Under the pieces are notes generated by a model. The model saw only the letters and a list, made by a program, of their open reading frames with translations. It was not told the origin of the DNA and did no database searches. The translations under genes were made by a program, and so were the position numbers. A stretch of DNA of 63,017 bases, counting the filler, from Platydemus manokwari (Eukaryota): assembly GCA_037951405.1 (NCBI GenBank). It is 5 parts of 5 records of this genome, joined end to end, with 100 filler letters (N's around TTAATTAATTAA, not from the genome) between each part and the next. Parts side by side here need not be neighbours in the genome. Positions count along the whole stretch, not along the records: positions 1 to 23,189 come from JBBMOY011122551.1; 4 more parts are not named here. One strand, 5' to 3'. Shown in pieces: positions 1 through 13,600 of this stretch; the stretch's first letter is position 1; each line of letters starts with the position of its first letter.

Positions 1-75
1 TAATAATAATATTAATAATAATAATAATAATATTAATAATAATAATAATAATAATAGTAATAATAATAATAATAA
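1..75. repeat. (TAA)n microsatellite
   Basis: Near-perfect TAA array at the window start. Confidence 0.95.
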
Positions 76-1081
76 CAGAGAATTAAAAAAGAATTAAGAA
101 AGAATGTATATAGAATATCAACCTTTACTCCTGAATCGGGAAACTCGTTGGAATATTAGTATTCTGTTTGAAAATCTTTCCTTCTAATTTAGCTTGCCCT
201 TCACCATAACCAATGTACTTATTTCATGCAGAAAATCCTTCTTGACAATGAATTCTGAAAGTCCCATTGATATAGTCAAATATTAATTTAATTAGCTTAT
301 CATACGGCCTTTGTTGATTATAACCAGGCAAATCCTATTTCCCGCTCAAATTGTTTACACCGGGCTCCTCAGAACGATAGTAAAAACCGGTTTAAAAAAG
401 CAAGATGGATAACAAACCATCACTTACATCGAGCCGAGTGTGTGACTGTATGTAGTGGTGGGAAAAATTAAAATCAGTCTAGAGAGATTCGAAAACCATC
501 ATCATTTCACAGAAATATAGAAATATCGATGTGTTATATATTATGGAAATATTGTTTTGTTGTGATATATTTATTTTTTCATATTATATTACTATAATCA
601 CTTATCTCTCTTTACAATCACAGTAAACCCAGGCGCAATTTTCTGGTAAATAAATTTTGTCATGGTGCTTTGTGGCCCTTTGGTATTGTGATTCGACTCT
701 AGCAGTTCTGTAGTTTTTGTCGCTCACTATCAGTTTTGATGCGTTTTGTGATATTGTATTTACATATATTTTGTTTGTGAAACTCATCTCACTCATATTT
801 TCATCATCAAACAGTCTCTTGGGAAAGAATGGACATGAAATTATTTTTTTTGTATTTTTTTGTAATTCGTTTTAATAAATTTGTTTTTTTATTTTAATTT
901 TTAGATTATACCAAATTCTAATTACTTTACACCAAATCCCACGAGACCGTTTATTCACCCGTATTATAGATAAACGAATTTCTAGTGAATTTACTAATCA
1001 TCATTGCGGTTGCCCGATTCTGTATTACCTTTTTCTTTTACCATGTTTTCGTCAGATGACACAATGATTTGTTGTTATTAG

Positions 1082-1225
1082 GGCCGGAAGATTGCAACCT
1101 CTTCATTTATCACCTACCTCCGGAGTTTGGAGACCACGATCTGCTGCAGATGTTCAGTCCCTTTGGAACCATCACTAGCGCAAAAGTATATGTAGATAGA
1201 GCTACTAACCAAAGTAAATGTTTCG
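1082..1225 (+). CDS. CELF: Internal exon of a CELF/Bruno-like RNA-binding protein (N-terminal part of RRM3)
   Basis: Translates [48 protein letters not shown](G), the CELF RRM3 signature. AG acceptor at 1080-1081 and GTGAG donor at 1226, both phase 1. Other exons were not identified. Confidence 0.9.
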
Positions 1226-1340
1226 GTGAGATTTATGTTTTCATATTATTTTTGCTCGTATATGATATTAACTATATTACTTATCATATTAAACAATTAT
1301 TATAACAATTATTAATACCATTTTTGATATTTTTAATATT

Positions 1341-1517
1341 NNNNNNNNNNNNNNNNNNNNNNNNNNNNNNNNNNNNNNNNNNNNNNNNNNNNNNNNNNNN
1401 NNNNNNNNNNNNNNNNNNNNNNNNNNNNNNNNNNNNNNNNNNNNNNNNNNNNNNNNNNNNNNNNNNNNNNNNNNNNNNNNNNNNNNNNNNNNNNNNNNNN
1501 NNNNNNNNNNNNNNNNN
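1341..1517. other. Assembly gap (177 N)
   Basis: Run of N with no linker sequence. Confidence 0.99.
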
Positions 1518-1519
1518 AA

Positions 1520-4500
1520 AATATCAGCTGTTTCCATTTTAAAAAATCTATTTATCTTGTGTGATTTTTTCTTCAGAAAAACGTCTTCTCCAACCCAGAA
1601 AATTTTACAACCTCTTTTCTCAGCACTGAATTTCCTTAGGTTTGTGGTTACTGATTTTAGCTGGTTTTCCGTTTCTTTAATGATCTGGTTGTGATGGCTT
1701 GATTCATTTAATCGTAACCCATGCACACTAATTTCAAAACGAGAATGTTGAATTGAATTCTGATATGTTGCATTGACGATGAATTATATCCGCGGTATTA
1801 ATTTATACCAAGCCCGTTTCTCTGATGCCATCGTTGTTACTATCATATCTCGAACCATCCTTATCATCCTTTCAGCTAAGCCATTTGTCTGATGTTGGTA
1901 TAGAGAGATAAATTCTTGCTTGATTCCAAAAAGGTATCGCTAATTCCTTCATTTCCATTCCCTCTAAGACTCTACCCCGATCAGTGAGCATTGATACCTC
2001 TAGATCCAATTATTGATAATGGACTTGGAAAAACTGATTTTGTCTTGTCGAATAAGTGGCACTAAGCTTACTAACTTACTGAATCTTTCTACTATAACCA
2101 ACAGATATTTGGTTTTAATCAAAAGCAATTCCAGAGCACTAAACTCCTCCATGGGAATCGGAATTTCTTTAGCCAGTCCAGTGTGAACCTTCCGTCTAGC
2201 ACAAATATCACAATGCCGTACTTTGTGTTTAATCCTTCCTAACCAATTTCTTATTACCGATACGACAAAACTCCTCATTACAATTCGTTTCTTTCCATTC
2301 TCATTATACACCGCCATATCTTCAAACAACACATATTTCTTTAAAGCGTTAAAATATTTGCTTTTCTTGACAACTAAATTGAGTGCTGTTTCCGTTTTCG
2401 AATGGAACCAACGACAATATCTTCTTCATGAATCTTTCTTAGTTCGTTATTATTTACAATTAAATACTTGACAACATTAATAAGCCGAGTTTTTGGTTGA
2501 CCTTCTTTAGGCCTCTGGTGCTGAGTTAAGCATTGTAAACAAAATGCTTCGTCTATCCTTGAAAGTCCATCTGCATTTCCATGATCTGATCCCTTCCGAT
2601 ATTGAAATTCGAAATTGAATCCAGACAGATGCCATGTTTGAACCATTGAACCATGTTTGATACTGAGGGCTAGAGGGTTTGTTAGTTTTCTTCATGTATC
2701 TCAAGGCTTTGTGATCAGTGTGGGTCACAAATTTCTTATCCAACAGATAATGTTTGAAATGCATAGTAAACTCGTGGATTGCCAAAAGCTCTTTCCTCGT
2801 GACTCAATAACCTTTTTGGTGACTGTAAAGAGTTCTAGAACCCTAGGCTACTACTCTTTCTTTTCCATTGTCATCCAAATAACATAGAACACCTCCAATT
2901 GCTCCGAAACTAGCGTCGATGTCTAAAATCATCTGTTTGTTTGGATCCGGAAAGGCCAACATTAGAGCTGTGCATAATTGTTCCTTAATGTTTCCAAAAC
3001 TTTCCTCACAGTCTGTATTTCACTTCAATTTCTGATCACTTCCAGTCATCATCGCATATAATAGAGTCGTAATTAATGCGTAGTCCTTGATAAATCTTAT
3101 GCAGTAATTGTATAATCCTAGGAACGACCTCAACTGAGTGATGCAACCAGGTTTTATTGCTTCCTTAATCTTCTTTACTTTGTCGTCATTACTTTCTATA
3201 CCTTTTGCACTGACCGTATGATCCAGGAAATTTAACTTTCTAGTGCCAAAAGTACATTTCTCGGGATTGATTTTCAAACCTGATGATTTAATTAACCTGA
3301 ATACCTTGTACAGTTCCTCATTTTGTTCTTTTACTGTTCTTCCATACACTAAAATATCGTCCAGATAAACCAGAACGGCCTTGTAAATCAAGTCCTTGAA
3401 TATAGTATTCATTAGACTCTGAAACGTTGCTGTCACGGTAAATAATCCAAAAGGTAGTCTGTTAAAACAGAACTGCCATTTCCAGTGCTGAACGCCGTTT
3501 TCATTTTAGAATCTTCCTCAAGTTCCACCTGATAATATACTTGGCCTAAATCTATCGTGGAGAAAACTGTCGTTCCATACACTTTTGGATATTAGGTCCC
3601 GGAAAAGAAAACTTCTCAGTCTGTTCGTTTAATTTTTCGTTAATCTTTCTTAGGAACCATGACCAAAGGAGAGTTCCAAGGTCTCTTGCAAGGTGTTATG
3701 ACATTACTTTCCAGAAAATTTTCTATCAATTTTTGAATTTTGGTTTCTAAATTTATTGGCTACCTTCTGGGGTTTTAAGCAATAGGTCTCTTTTGTACGG
3801 ATCTCGTGCTTCATCAAATCTGTTAGTCCCAAATCAAACCGAAACCATAAAAATCGAGCCATTTTCTTTTATACACCTATTCAATGAAATATCGTTCTTA
3901 TCAGCAATACTCTTCAGTGCCATTTCGATTCTGTCTTGGTCACTGTATTTCTTTCCCACATCCTTGGCATCAATTGATTTTATCCCTGCAAGGAATATTC
4001 CACAAGTCTTCATCATATCAACTCCTCCGATAAATCCTGGTGATATTTCTTTTACTACAATGATCTCCTTTACTAGAATTTTGTTGTTCCAAACTATTGG
4101 GATCCTTATTTTCCCTAAACACGATTTGTGTGTATTGGAGAATACACCAGCCAATCGAACATCAGAACTTTTAATCTGAGGCGCTCCAATACGCTTCCAA
4201 TTGCTCTCGTTCATTACTGTTATTGATGCACCAGAATCCAATAACATTTCAATACGTGTACTTTGCACTCAATTTTACTCCACTGTCTACTATCTGCTTT
4301 CTAATACATCTGTGAATGCTTCCTCTTCCTCTTGCCGTTTTCCTTTTTACTCCTATTCTATCTCTAGCTGATATATCTTCTATTGACTCAACCCCACTGA
4401 CGAGATAGGCACAGGAGGTTGATCCCAGTGTTTTTGTCTTCCAAGGAGAGTGAACTTACATAATCACTTGCTTCACTTTAAGTTTGAATAACGGTTTCCT

Positions 4501-5400
4501 CTTCTTCATCATGGATGCACAGTATTCTCCTCGGACTATTGTAAATAGGCTTCTGGGTAAATAACATTCTCGGAACGAATGTCCTTCTTTACCGCATATC
4601 AAACATTTATTCCGCAGTGGATATTCAAACTTGTTTGTCTATGATTGTTTGGAGATTCAGTGCCATTAACTGATGCTCGGTGATATTCTTTTACACCAAA
4701 ATCTCTTTCCTGCACAATTGGACTTGGCTTTTTGAATGACGTCTCCGTCTGAAAGATCTTTCTTGGTTCACTTTGAAATACCGACTGAGCATATGTCTTC
4801 TTGATGGTGTTTATGGGCTTCGTAGGAGTTAACTTCTCAAAATTGACAACCAGCTCTCTTCTTCTATTGTCGGACATCGCAGGGTCGAGAGTAAATGACT
4901 CTTTCAATTTCTTACTATATAGACCTTGCAGAATAAATAGTCTTGAAATTTCTTCAAGAGTGATTTTCTTGTCAAACATTTCCGAAACTAGCTATTTTAC
5001 TCAAAGTTCATAACTACGATATTTTTCATCTGGTCTTTGTTGAATTGCTGCCAAATCCTAAACCTTGTCATAAACTGTTTTGGCATGTGAAAATGTTTCT
5101 AAAAACCATTTCTCAATTTCTTCATTTGAAACAGCCTCTTTGAAACTGCTGAATTCTTGCCACAGTTGTTTGGCGTCATCTCTCAAAAGCAGTTCCATTT
5201 GATTAAAGGTCACTAAGTCTTTGGTTGTTTGGAACCATTTCTCAGCGTATTGGATTGATAAATCAAAAGATGATGGTTTCAGAATTAATAGTTCCTGCGT
5301 TGTTTGTGGCAGATTCGCAAAAATTTTCTGCCTCTCTTCTCGTTTAGCTCTAGTCAGATAAAAGCCAGTAAAATGATAACTCGTTTGCATCAATATTTTA
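1520..5400 (-). mobile_element. Degenerate Ty3/Gypsy LTR retrotransposon internal region (gag-PR-RT-RNaseH-IN), copy 1
   Basis: Minus-strand ORF fragments: gag (5058-5393, 4599-4979), protease LLDSGAS (3834-4268), RT YLDDILV (3020-3436), RNase H TDHKAL and HGNADGLSR (about 2500-2990), and integrase zinc finger CDIC plus core YLLVIVERFSK (about 1700-2330). The order PR-RT-RH-IN is Gypsy-type. Many frameshifts and stops. LTR boundaries not resolved; about 5400-6200 may be leader or LTR. Confidence 0.93.
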
Positions 5401-7642
5401 TTCTAATTCAAAATTGCACCGTTTGTTTTTTTTTAAATATTTAAACAAATCTCATTTTTTATCTAACTCGTACCGTAAAAGGTGAATGCGACTTAGTACC
5501 GTTACTTGTTTTCATTTGGACTTTTCAGATATCCTTCAAGTGGTTATCTGCTTAAGCAGCGGACCACACAATTTGATAATTTTATGTTCTATTTTTGAAT
5601 GTTTAAACCTTTATGTCTAAATGAATTTTATTACCTATTATCGAGTTTTGATTAATGATGGCATATGAAGGCATTTAAACCTCGTTATTTTAAGTTTGCT
5701 TTAACCAGAACTAACGTCCCGTTACATCAATCTTTTCAAACTACACAGTTATCTTTACATAATTTCAATTTAACCGGTACTTTCGACCTTATACAAATCG
5801 TCATAGTCCTCTAAGACCAGTGATAGGTCATACGAATTATCCCACCATAAAGTCTAAGTCCAACAACGAATTGATTAAAAAAATTATTAATGAGGACTAA
5901 GTCCTGTGACTTCTGGTAATTTACCTCATAATCTCCTTCTACCTATATAACAATACCCAGTAACTACTATTCTTTATTAACGCAACTACACTAGATGTAC
6001 TAAACAATGCAATACACCGATTTACTATCTTACAATCTCACCAGTTCCACGAGAAATAGTTTAAGAAATAACTTATCATTTTACCATGTATACTACATCT
6101 GGTTGCAATGACGAATCTCTTGATTTGTCCACACTGGAAAATAAAACATGTTCGTTCCGAAACTGGTATTTAATAATTAATTTTCATCCTCATTTTCTTT
6201 TTCGTTTTCGTTTTTTAAATTAGTTCTTTATGTTTATTTGTTTACTTATTTGGAATCTTTTATTGGTCAATCGATTAACATGCATCTGTATTAGGTATTC
6301 AGTGATCAATTTCTGGTTCAAAGTACTTTGTTCGTTATTCAGCTCATTAATCATTCACTGTTATGAATTTTTAATTTTAATCCTGACTGATACTGTTTAA
6401 TTTTCAATGTTTTATTTATTATTAATCTATCAATTTTGAGATTAATGTCGAATATTTTGTAAAATTATATCGCTATCAATGAACATAATACCTTTTAATG
6501 ATATCGTGGTGCTTTACCTTTATTTTATTAATTAAAAAACGATCAATTGGACACAATCAAGTCTGATATATTTTTTTCAAACTACAAATGCCGAAATTCA
6601 AACCGCTTCTAAGTGACAAATATTAACTACAATTAATCTTCGAATTTCAACACAAATACAGTTGCTACTGACATGTACTCAAGAGATATTCAGATATACA
6701 AAGGACGGATATTACCGAAATGAGCTAATGTTATTTATTTATAAATGGCTGGATGTTGGTCTACTTGTTTTAGTGATTTATTCAAAAAAATGTTATTAAT
6801 TTTTATATTATGATTTAAGTAAATTATTAATGATTTTGTTTTAGAATTTTTCTAAAATGTTTGTTTACAATTTTTTAATTATTTTAATAACATTTAGTAT
6901 AGTTTACAAACTGAAAAAATTATTGCTATTACAATAAAGTTTCGTCTCCAAGATTTTAGAGAATTGGCTTAAAGTTATGAAAAAAATTAATTAATCCAAG
7001 CTTAATTTATGAAATCATGATTTGATGGGAATCACTACTTTACTAATTTAGACTTATATTTTATTTTATTCTTAACTTGATTCTTCTAATCATCTCTTTC
7101 ATCAGATATTTCAACACTTTCTTCTTCCATTCGTTGTAATTATCTGTTTAAATATTTTAATTTATTTCACTCATAAGTTTTTCACTTCTGTTCCAGTAGT
7201 GATAAATACATAATGAATCAGATATCTTTGTTTTAAACGATAAAAACTTGTTACCCATTAGAAATTGCTCGAAATTTTTCGAAGATAGTCCTCGCAACTC
7301 GAGATATTAAGCTTAACTGCTGAAAAACCTATTATTAGGCATCTCGAGTGTATTGTGTAATAATAACAAAAACAAGTTAAGTTACCAAATAAATATCGAT
7401 TAAACTCCCCATACTTGTTCATTAAATCACACCAAAATTCGAATACAACTTTGATTTATAACGGTTTCTTACAATAAGCAGTCCACAAGAAATGTATTTA
7501 CCATAAGAACTCAACTTTTTATTATCATAATTAAATAATAAATTAAAATAAACATCGAATATCTCCACTTTATTGAATTTTACGATAATTACACATTTTT
7601 TACAGTTAACTTCGAATCAAAAGCATGATATTTCAAAATATT

Positions 7643-10600
7643 TTATCTCATAAACTGTAAAACTAATTCAACATTAGTCGTGTGAGGAAATGGATCTAAT
7701 GGGATAGCTTTCAACAATTTGAACGGCTCATCGATGGCAGGAGATTCTTTTATCTTGCAAATTTCATGTAAATTCGAAATCGAGTAATTGCTTATGTCCC
7801 GTGAGATATGGATAATTGTTTTTAAAGCCTGACATTTGCGGAGTTCCGAAAACAGGTTGGTTCCTAAAACGTTCAATTAAGAGTCTATGCTGTACATAAA
7901 TAATGCTGTTGGAAAACAACTGTATTTCAAATTTATATTTCAATTTTCCTCAATTAATTCTGTTCGAAAAGAGATCGTCAAAATGTATTTCAGTCACATA
8001 TATATATATATATATCAGTTGAGAAAGTTTAAACCATATATCGCTTTATTAGTATCATATAGATTTATTAAAATATTTTTGTAATTGTTGAGTTTTAGGA
8101 TATTGATTATGTACTAAAAAACATTAAAAAAACTGATAGTCCTCAGTTAAACCTTCTTAAATAAAAGACCGCAAAAATGCTTCTTATCTAGTTCAGATGG
8201 AAAGACTAAAAGTTATAAACTTGATTTGATATTTTCACAAACAATAATATTCCGCGTTTCGACAGAAGATAATTTTAAAAAGTGGAAATGTTGTATCTTA
8301 ATTCTCCGAAGATATTTAATTGAAAATCAAATGCATTTTTTAATAAAAATAAATTAAATTTATGCTAAAAATAAAGAGGCAAGATTGATATAAAAATAAA
8401 GATTTTCAAAGGATGTAAATGCGTACTGGTGGAACTTCATTATCAAATTACCAACCAAAGAACGATTTTGAGAATGGATTTTGTCACCATTAAGAGTGTA
8501 TTTATATAAATCATAAATTGTATTAATATATAATTTATATGACATTGAAAATAAAGAAATGCAATGCAAATGGCTACAATATGTTTCTAATCATCAATGA
8601 TTTTAATTTAATTTTTTATTAAAAAAAATTACAGAAATTCTTTGTCTTTTCTCCTTATAATATAGTCCATATCCCCGTCGTGTAAATATTGCTATTCAAA
8701 TTCAAACTTTTATGAAATTAAAAATTATTTCTCTTATTCTTCATCCCAGAGTGCTTCTAAATAAATGTGTCTCAGGCCTAAAGACTAAACAAAAATCACG
8801 TGTTCAAAATATGCAGTTGATATTGATGATGAAACAGATTCGACCTCAATATTGTCGACAAATTCAAAGACCATAGTCAGCTTTCCGTGATTTTTGATCA
8901 AAGCAAATCGAAAATCATTTCAAATCACCAAATCGAACCAAAAAATCATAAAGAGAAACAAATAAATGAAAAATAATTATTAGAATAAATTATATTTACA
9001 TTATATTATAATAGCTATCGACAATTTCTGCATAGTTAGGCTTTAAAACATCGGAGCTAACGGATTAGTGAATAGCATCAATGAAATCATAAATTTCAAA
9101 GGTGAAGAACGAAACATTATTTTACAGAATGATTGATAGACAAATCCTCATTTTACAAACCTTGTAATTAGCTTTCTAATTGATACTCAAAATACATTAA
9201 ACGAAATGAGAATTTAATCTTGTAACAAAGTGAAATATCTTTCGTAAACCGTGGTATTATGAAGGATAAATTTTTATCTGAGATCATTTATCATCATCCC
9301 ATTACTTTGGATCGATTCTGGTTTTTTTATTAGATGCCACACACAGGAGTAAAATGAGAAAAAAGCATCATCACATGAATAATTTATGAGATTCTTAACG
9401 TTTTAAATTCAAACCACCATGTAGAAATCAAACTCAAACTAACAAAGTGTAGGAAACTAAACATTGAGAAAACATGAAATGGGAAAGATACACACAAAGA
9501 ACAGTACTGGATTATTCCAATTTAATTCCAAAAAACGTTAATCTCAAGAAAATGTAAAACAAAGAAAGGTGATAAACCCAATGAACATAAAATTACCAGA
9601 TAATAAGGAAATGAAATTTCTTATTATTTTATACTTATATTAAAAAATGGAAATACATAAACGAAATCACACACTTACTTAAACCAAAACTATTAGGATT
9701 AACAACAACAATTATATTTTCATATAATCGAGCTGCTTCAGAGTTGATAAAATTTGGGATAAATTCTTCCACATCTTGACAAATATATTCCGTATTGGGG
9801 ATTTCTGTACAGGTTATTAGTAAAGTAACCATTTGGACAAACCTTACGATTTAACAATGAGTTTTGTTCAGCACTGTGACTGTTGGATGATAAAATATCA
9901 ACTCCAATGACCTTACTTACGATATCCGATAATAAAATCCCAATAGCCCCTACTTATCTTTAATAGACTTATTATAATATTTAAAACACTACCATTTCCA
10001 CAACAAAGATCAATAATCAAACTATTTTTCAATGAAAATTTAGACGATTCTTTAACTATTCTCCTCGTTGTCTGATATAAGGCCTCGGCTACTTCGACAT
10101 TTGTCTGTTGTTTTTTATAATTTTTAAATATATTTCAAGAAATATCAATATAAACAATATTAATGCACTGAATTTTATTGATTTATTTCAATGATCTAGA
10201 TATTAACAATTGAAAAAATATTTAAATAAAAATTTAAATTTAACCAATAGAATATGGATATTAAAAATAGAAAATAAAAATCGTGATAGTCAATCAATTT
10301 TTATAACCAGTAAAAAAATTTAATAAAAAAAAACTCCTGTCTTTGACCAACTAATTAACATAGGCAAGTTATGAATATGGGTGCATTATTATGGGTGAAA
10401 AGACATCAAGAGACTACCCCCTACCAACACAATTCTCATTTGTGAATATTTGAAACTTTAATTGAATTATTTTGATATCTGTTTGGATTTATTGATGATA
10501 TCTTTGAAAATTATTTACTCTTATCAAAACTAGTAAAGTGAGAATGGAGCAACTATCAATTAATTTGAACCATTCGATTCCATTCAGCAACAGATACATT

Positions 10601-13600
10601 CATTAGCGAAAATCAAATTAACAAATTATAAAATCTTTTCCCGACAGGAATTGATTACAAGTTGAATAAGAAAATGAATTTTTTGAATTGTTTGAATTTT
10701 TTGGAATTTAATCCGTCAGTAGTTATTTATATTGCAAATTTTATCGGTATCAATCTCCATTGATACTACTGGATTTACTGTGCGTTGTCGTTAAATAAAT
10801 ATATAAACGCTGAGGAGATGACATTTAAATGGACTTTTGCTAATACAAGCTTTAGGATTCAACGCGAAAGACTGATGTCAAAATTTATGTGGAATGCAAA
10901 TCATAATTTTAAAAAGGTGTTTCATTCATTTTTCTTCATCCAATGAAATGAAATATATTTTAAATATTATTGAATTAAACTTCATTAATAAAAATGATCC
11001 CTAATAATTAATAAAATACGTCCCTCTAGTGCAAAGGTGGCCAACTTTTGTGTACGTAAGATCGACATTTCATTTGAATAACATATCACGCAATAGACTA
11101 AAATTGGCTTCAAGATCGAACAGTCGATCGCGATCGACCGCTTGGCCACCCCTGCTCTGGTCCATAGTAAGAATATAATTATGTTGTAAGCCCACGATTA
11201 GTATACATAAATCATTACATCATTATGTTTAAGGGAATCAAACAGATCTTTATGTACTGTTACATGAAATTATTTTTAAGCTTTATTGATTTTCCTCAAT
11301 TTCTCGCCTGTTCATAAAAAAATATTTCCCATCTTAATAATTATTAAGAATAAATTATTAGAAAATTATCTCATTATCTAATCATATAAAATTAATAATT
11401 GTGTGACGTAATCAATAAAAATAAATGAATTATCATTGTTTTCATAAAATTTCCGATATTAATTAAAAAATTTCTGAATTTTTTAGCCTTAGCAGCGATA
11501 TACTGGTGACATAAAAAAATGATATCACGCCTAATCATCAGTAAATCAATGAGGAGATGCATTATCTTGGTATAAACATACATAATACCCTGATCATATC
11601 TTTTGTTGTTATTATTTAAGTCGGCAGTGACACAACAAATCCCACTTATTTGCTTATTCGGACTAAAGAGCTCAGGTAAGAGGATAAAATAGGCCCAGGA
11701 ACTCAGGGCTCACAAAGGTTACAAATTTTAAACCAAAAATTTTAGCTGAATTATTAATCATATAACAAGCATAAATTACTGGAAATTTAGACTTGGGACC
11801 AATATGGAATGTTTTCCCGCATAAAGTTTCAGTGATATATTGATCACCCCATAAAAGTTGAGTGGGCAGTTTTTTCCCATCTTCTGACACGACTGAACGA
11901 CTAAGATATTTATGCTCAAATTTCGTTATATATTTTCATTTTTACTTCAACTGAAAATATAAAGATCGAATATCGACATGTTCATTCTTCAACATGGGAA
12001 TGAATTTGTCCACTAAATCATTTTTAATGTCTGATATTCCATCCTAATCAAGAACTAAACAAATCTATTACATTCAATCTCGCTATCATACTGGTGATAA
12101 TTGAGATCCGTCGAATCCTATATGAATCATTGATTCATCTTTTCTATTCGATCTCACTTGAATATTTTCCCAGTATCTCGGAAATTTTCTCTTCGTTAGA
12201 AGATCTTTGGAATGTTTTCGGATATATTGTTCAAATAACTATATACAATATAATAAAAATGAAAAACAATAACCAGATTTAGATGTATATATTAAGTTCT
12301 CTTTTAACCAGCATTATAAATCACTTATTTCGATAATAAGACTTAGAACGAGTCGGGGCTGGTAAAAATAACATAAATAACAGATAGTTATTAAATCACA
12401 TTTAAAACCAATTTAGGAATGCTTAATGTGAGTATTTTTAGATGGATTAAAAATTTAAAGATTTAATTCAGATTTGATATACAATAATACCGGCTTCCAT
12501 GACGACCACGCAACTGGGTACGATTTCGAGAAGATCAATGGCTGAAAATTAAAGAGAAGAAGAAAGATATTGATAATATATGAGAAGATATAATGAAGAT
12601 TTAAAGAAGATATAAGACGATGTAGAGAAGATATAAAGATAGAAGAATTAGAGAAATTATGTAGATAATATGTAGAGTGGAGTCAATTAAGAATACAAAG
12701 AAAATCAAAGATTTCAAAGAAAGGGAGATGTGAGACTTTATAAATGAATAAAATTTTTAAAGATTTAATTCGGGTTTTATATAAAATTATATTAATTTGA
12801 TTATATAATTGTATTTAAATATATAATTTGGTGTCGTGATTTTTCAGTTTGTTTTCAATGTGTGCTTTATAAAATAGTAGCGGCTTACACTTAATATTAT
12901 TTATTTTATATTAAATATATGTTTGGCGGATATTTAAAGTCAGTCTTGGAAAAAGTGAGATTAAAACCTTTTGTCACTGCTTTGCTAGAGTACAGGGTAA
13001 GTTTGACTGTTAAAATGAAATATCGATATCTGGCACAGGAATTTTTAAAAATTACATTAAAAATTATATCTGCATAACTAAGAACTCAGTTTATATAAAT
13101 ATAATGATGTACTTTGATGATCAATATATTGTTTTTCTTATGAAGCTGTGGAAACATTTCTGGATCAATAATTGCCTTTTTATCTGAAATGTTTTATTAA
13201 AAAGAAAATATTGATCAAAATACATATAAATAATCGAATAATACAACCATGTTTCATAGAAAATGTGTGACCAACTATAAGATTTCCTTCGGGATCCAAT
13301 CCTACTGAAGCACTTATTTTGTTTCGATAACCATCAATAATTGGAGACTGGAATATTTTCAATAATTTCTCATTGTATTTGATATGATTATAAAATGTTT
13401 ATATAAAGCTATTTGATACACAGCCAGTAATTTCTTTTTTTAATAAGACTTAGCAAATGCCACTTAGCAATATTTATATTTATTATTGATAATTTCAATA
13501 AACATCATATAAAGCAGAGGTGGCCAACTTTTGTGTACGTAAGATCGACTTTTCATTTGAATAACATCTCACGCGATCGACTAAAATTGGCTTCAAGATC

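Noticed and set aside
335-375. Minus-strand CTGAGGA...GAAA hammerhead-like spacing
   Set aside because: Stem II cannot close adjacent to the core, and no stem III or cleavage triplet is present.
1289-1726. ORFs of 145 aa and 72 aa spanning the N gap
   Set aside because: Artefacts of translating through N; the real portion belongs to the Gypsy integrase end.
6938-6995. FVS...LKV-like stretch resembling the missing last CELF exon
   Set aside because: There is no AG acceptor in the required position and the conserved MNGFQIG segment is absent. The true exon may be in the 177-N gap or elsewhere.
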